Assembly (NCBI GenBank): GCA_026392355.1
Contig: JAPLCF010000031.1
Coordinates: 10,785 to 74,784 of the forward strand
Direction: 5' to 3'
Length of the DNA stretch: 64,000 bases
Origin: Actinomycetota bacterium
GTDB lineage: Bacteria > Actinomycetota > Thermoleophilia > Gaiellales > F1-60-MAGs149
Under the pieces are notes generated by a model that did no database searches, was not told the origin of the DNA, and saw nothing but the letters and a program-made list of their open reading frames with translations. The position numbers and the translations under genes are program-made. Positions 62,940 to 64,000 of this stretch are shown here, one piece after another (position 1 is the stretch's first letter; each line of letters begins with the position of its first letter).

Positions 62940-64000
62940 GTGGTAACGCTCGTTACCAAAAAACCGAATCAACGGTGCGGGAGCCCCGCGCTTCGCAGGA
63001 TCCCGACCCTCCGCTCCGCGTTGCTCATTTTCGGTCTGACCCTTGGATTTTCGGCTCTACTACTGGGATTTGCGGCCCGCACGCAGGCCGCTCCCGCCAG
63101 CCCTGCCGTCATCACCGCCGCAGCGGACCAATCGCGGCTGTTCACGCTGCCGACGCCGCCCGCGGCCCCGGCCGATCCGATGCCGCCCACCGACAAGGTC
63201 ACGATCCCCGACAATCCTGCGCTCGCACTGGGCAGCGCCTTCACCCTTCAGGCGTGGGTCCGGCCCGCCACCGACTCCGGCGAGCAGACCATTCTCGAGA
63301 AGCGCCAGTCCTACTCGCTGGCCTTCCGCAACGGCACGCTCCAGTACCAGCTCGACTCGGAGCTGACAGGCACGCGCGGCATCTGGTTCGACACGCAGCT
63401 CGTGCTGCTGCCGAACCGCTGGACGCACGTGACGCTCGTGAAGAGCGGGCAGACGGTGACCGTGTACCTCAACGGCACGGCCGAGTACACGCAGTCCCTG
63501 TTCGCGAACGATGAGTTTGCCGTGTCGTACGGCATCCCGACGCTGATCACGGTCAACACCAACCCGCTGCTGATCGGCAGCGACCTGCGTGAGAACGCGC
63601 CGTTCGGCGGGCGCATCAGCGACGTGTCGATCTGGAGCACGGCTCGAAGCGCCTCGGTCATCGCCGCGACCTACGACCTGCGCTTCGCCGCCAGTGTCGG
63701 TACTTGGTTCCTCGACGAGACGCTGGGCCCCACGGCCTACAACAGCTCGCAGGCAGTCGGCTCGATCCTCAACGGCACGTACACCGGCACAGCGACCTCG
63801 TCGGACGTGCCGACGCTCGGGACGCGCCTGAACATCAACGACACGCCGGCCTTCGACGCCTATCTGCCAGGGTACGACCCCGCCGGTTCGGTCACCTTCG
63901 CGGCCGCGACAACGCCGACGCTCGGCACGTTCGACATCACCGACCCGAGCAGCGGCGCGTTCACCCTCACGCCCGATATCAACGCCAACGGCCTCGACAG
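62940..64000 (+). CDS. Secreted LamG-domain protein, paralog of the giant protein; runs off the window edge
   Basis: Open frame from GTG 62940 (start uncertain): signal-like LLIFGLTLGFSALLLGFAARTQA, FTLQAWVRP, WTHVTLVK.G..VTVYLNG, F.GRISDV.IWSTARS. Confidence 0.8.
   Translation, partial: MVTLVTKKPNQRCGSPALRRIPTLRSALLIFGLTLGFSALLLGFAARTQAAPASPAVITAAADQSRLFTLPTPPAAPADPMPPTDKVTIPDNPALALGSAFTLQAWVRPATDSGEQTILEKRQSYSLAFRNGTLQYQLDSELTGTRGIWFDTQLVLLPNRWTHVTLVKSGQTVTVYLNGTAEYTQSLFANDEFAVSYGIPTLITVNTNPLLIGSDLRENAPFGGRISDVSIWSTARSASVIAATYDLRFAASVGTWFLDETLGPTAYNSSQAVGSILNGTYTGTATSSDVPTLGTRLNINDTPAFDAYLPGYDPAGSVTFAAATTPTLGTFDITDPSSGAFTLTPDINANGLD

Overview
High-GC bacterial chromosomal segment. Gene content (Gaiella/Solirubrobacter-like secreted families, actinobacterial holin-like pair, pervasive leaderless TAnnnT starts) suggests an actinobacterium, probably Thermoleophilia; this is inference. 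In order, the window holds: the end of a surface-polysaccharide cluster (sugar transferases, UDP-glucuronate decarboxylase, Wzz-like protein, GT2/GT4, O-antigen ligase, ATP-grasp, FabH-like); an ABC-F ATPase; a paralogous DUF2269-like pair with an MFS transporter; a ccmABCD-hemC-cobA/hemD operon; a histidine-ammonia-lyase-fold enzyme lacking the MIO-forming Ala-Ser-Gly; tatA-tatA-tatC; tRNA-Lys(CTT); assorted metabolic genes (moaC/mog, CDO, aminotransferases, MqnP-like); a DUF433/PIN toxin-antitoxin pair; mntH with a DtxR/MntR-type operator; and a ~13.7 kb giant repetitive surface-protein gene, followed by a GAP-family gene and a paralogous LamG gene. Most notable: the MIO-less lyase, the giant adhesin with an unrecognised C-terminal module, three ~30-bp intergenic palindrome elements (two as REPIN-like doublets), and in-frame TAG codons in three genes. 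No integrase, transposase, CRISPR array or rRNA was seen.
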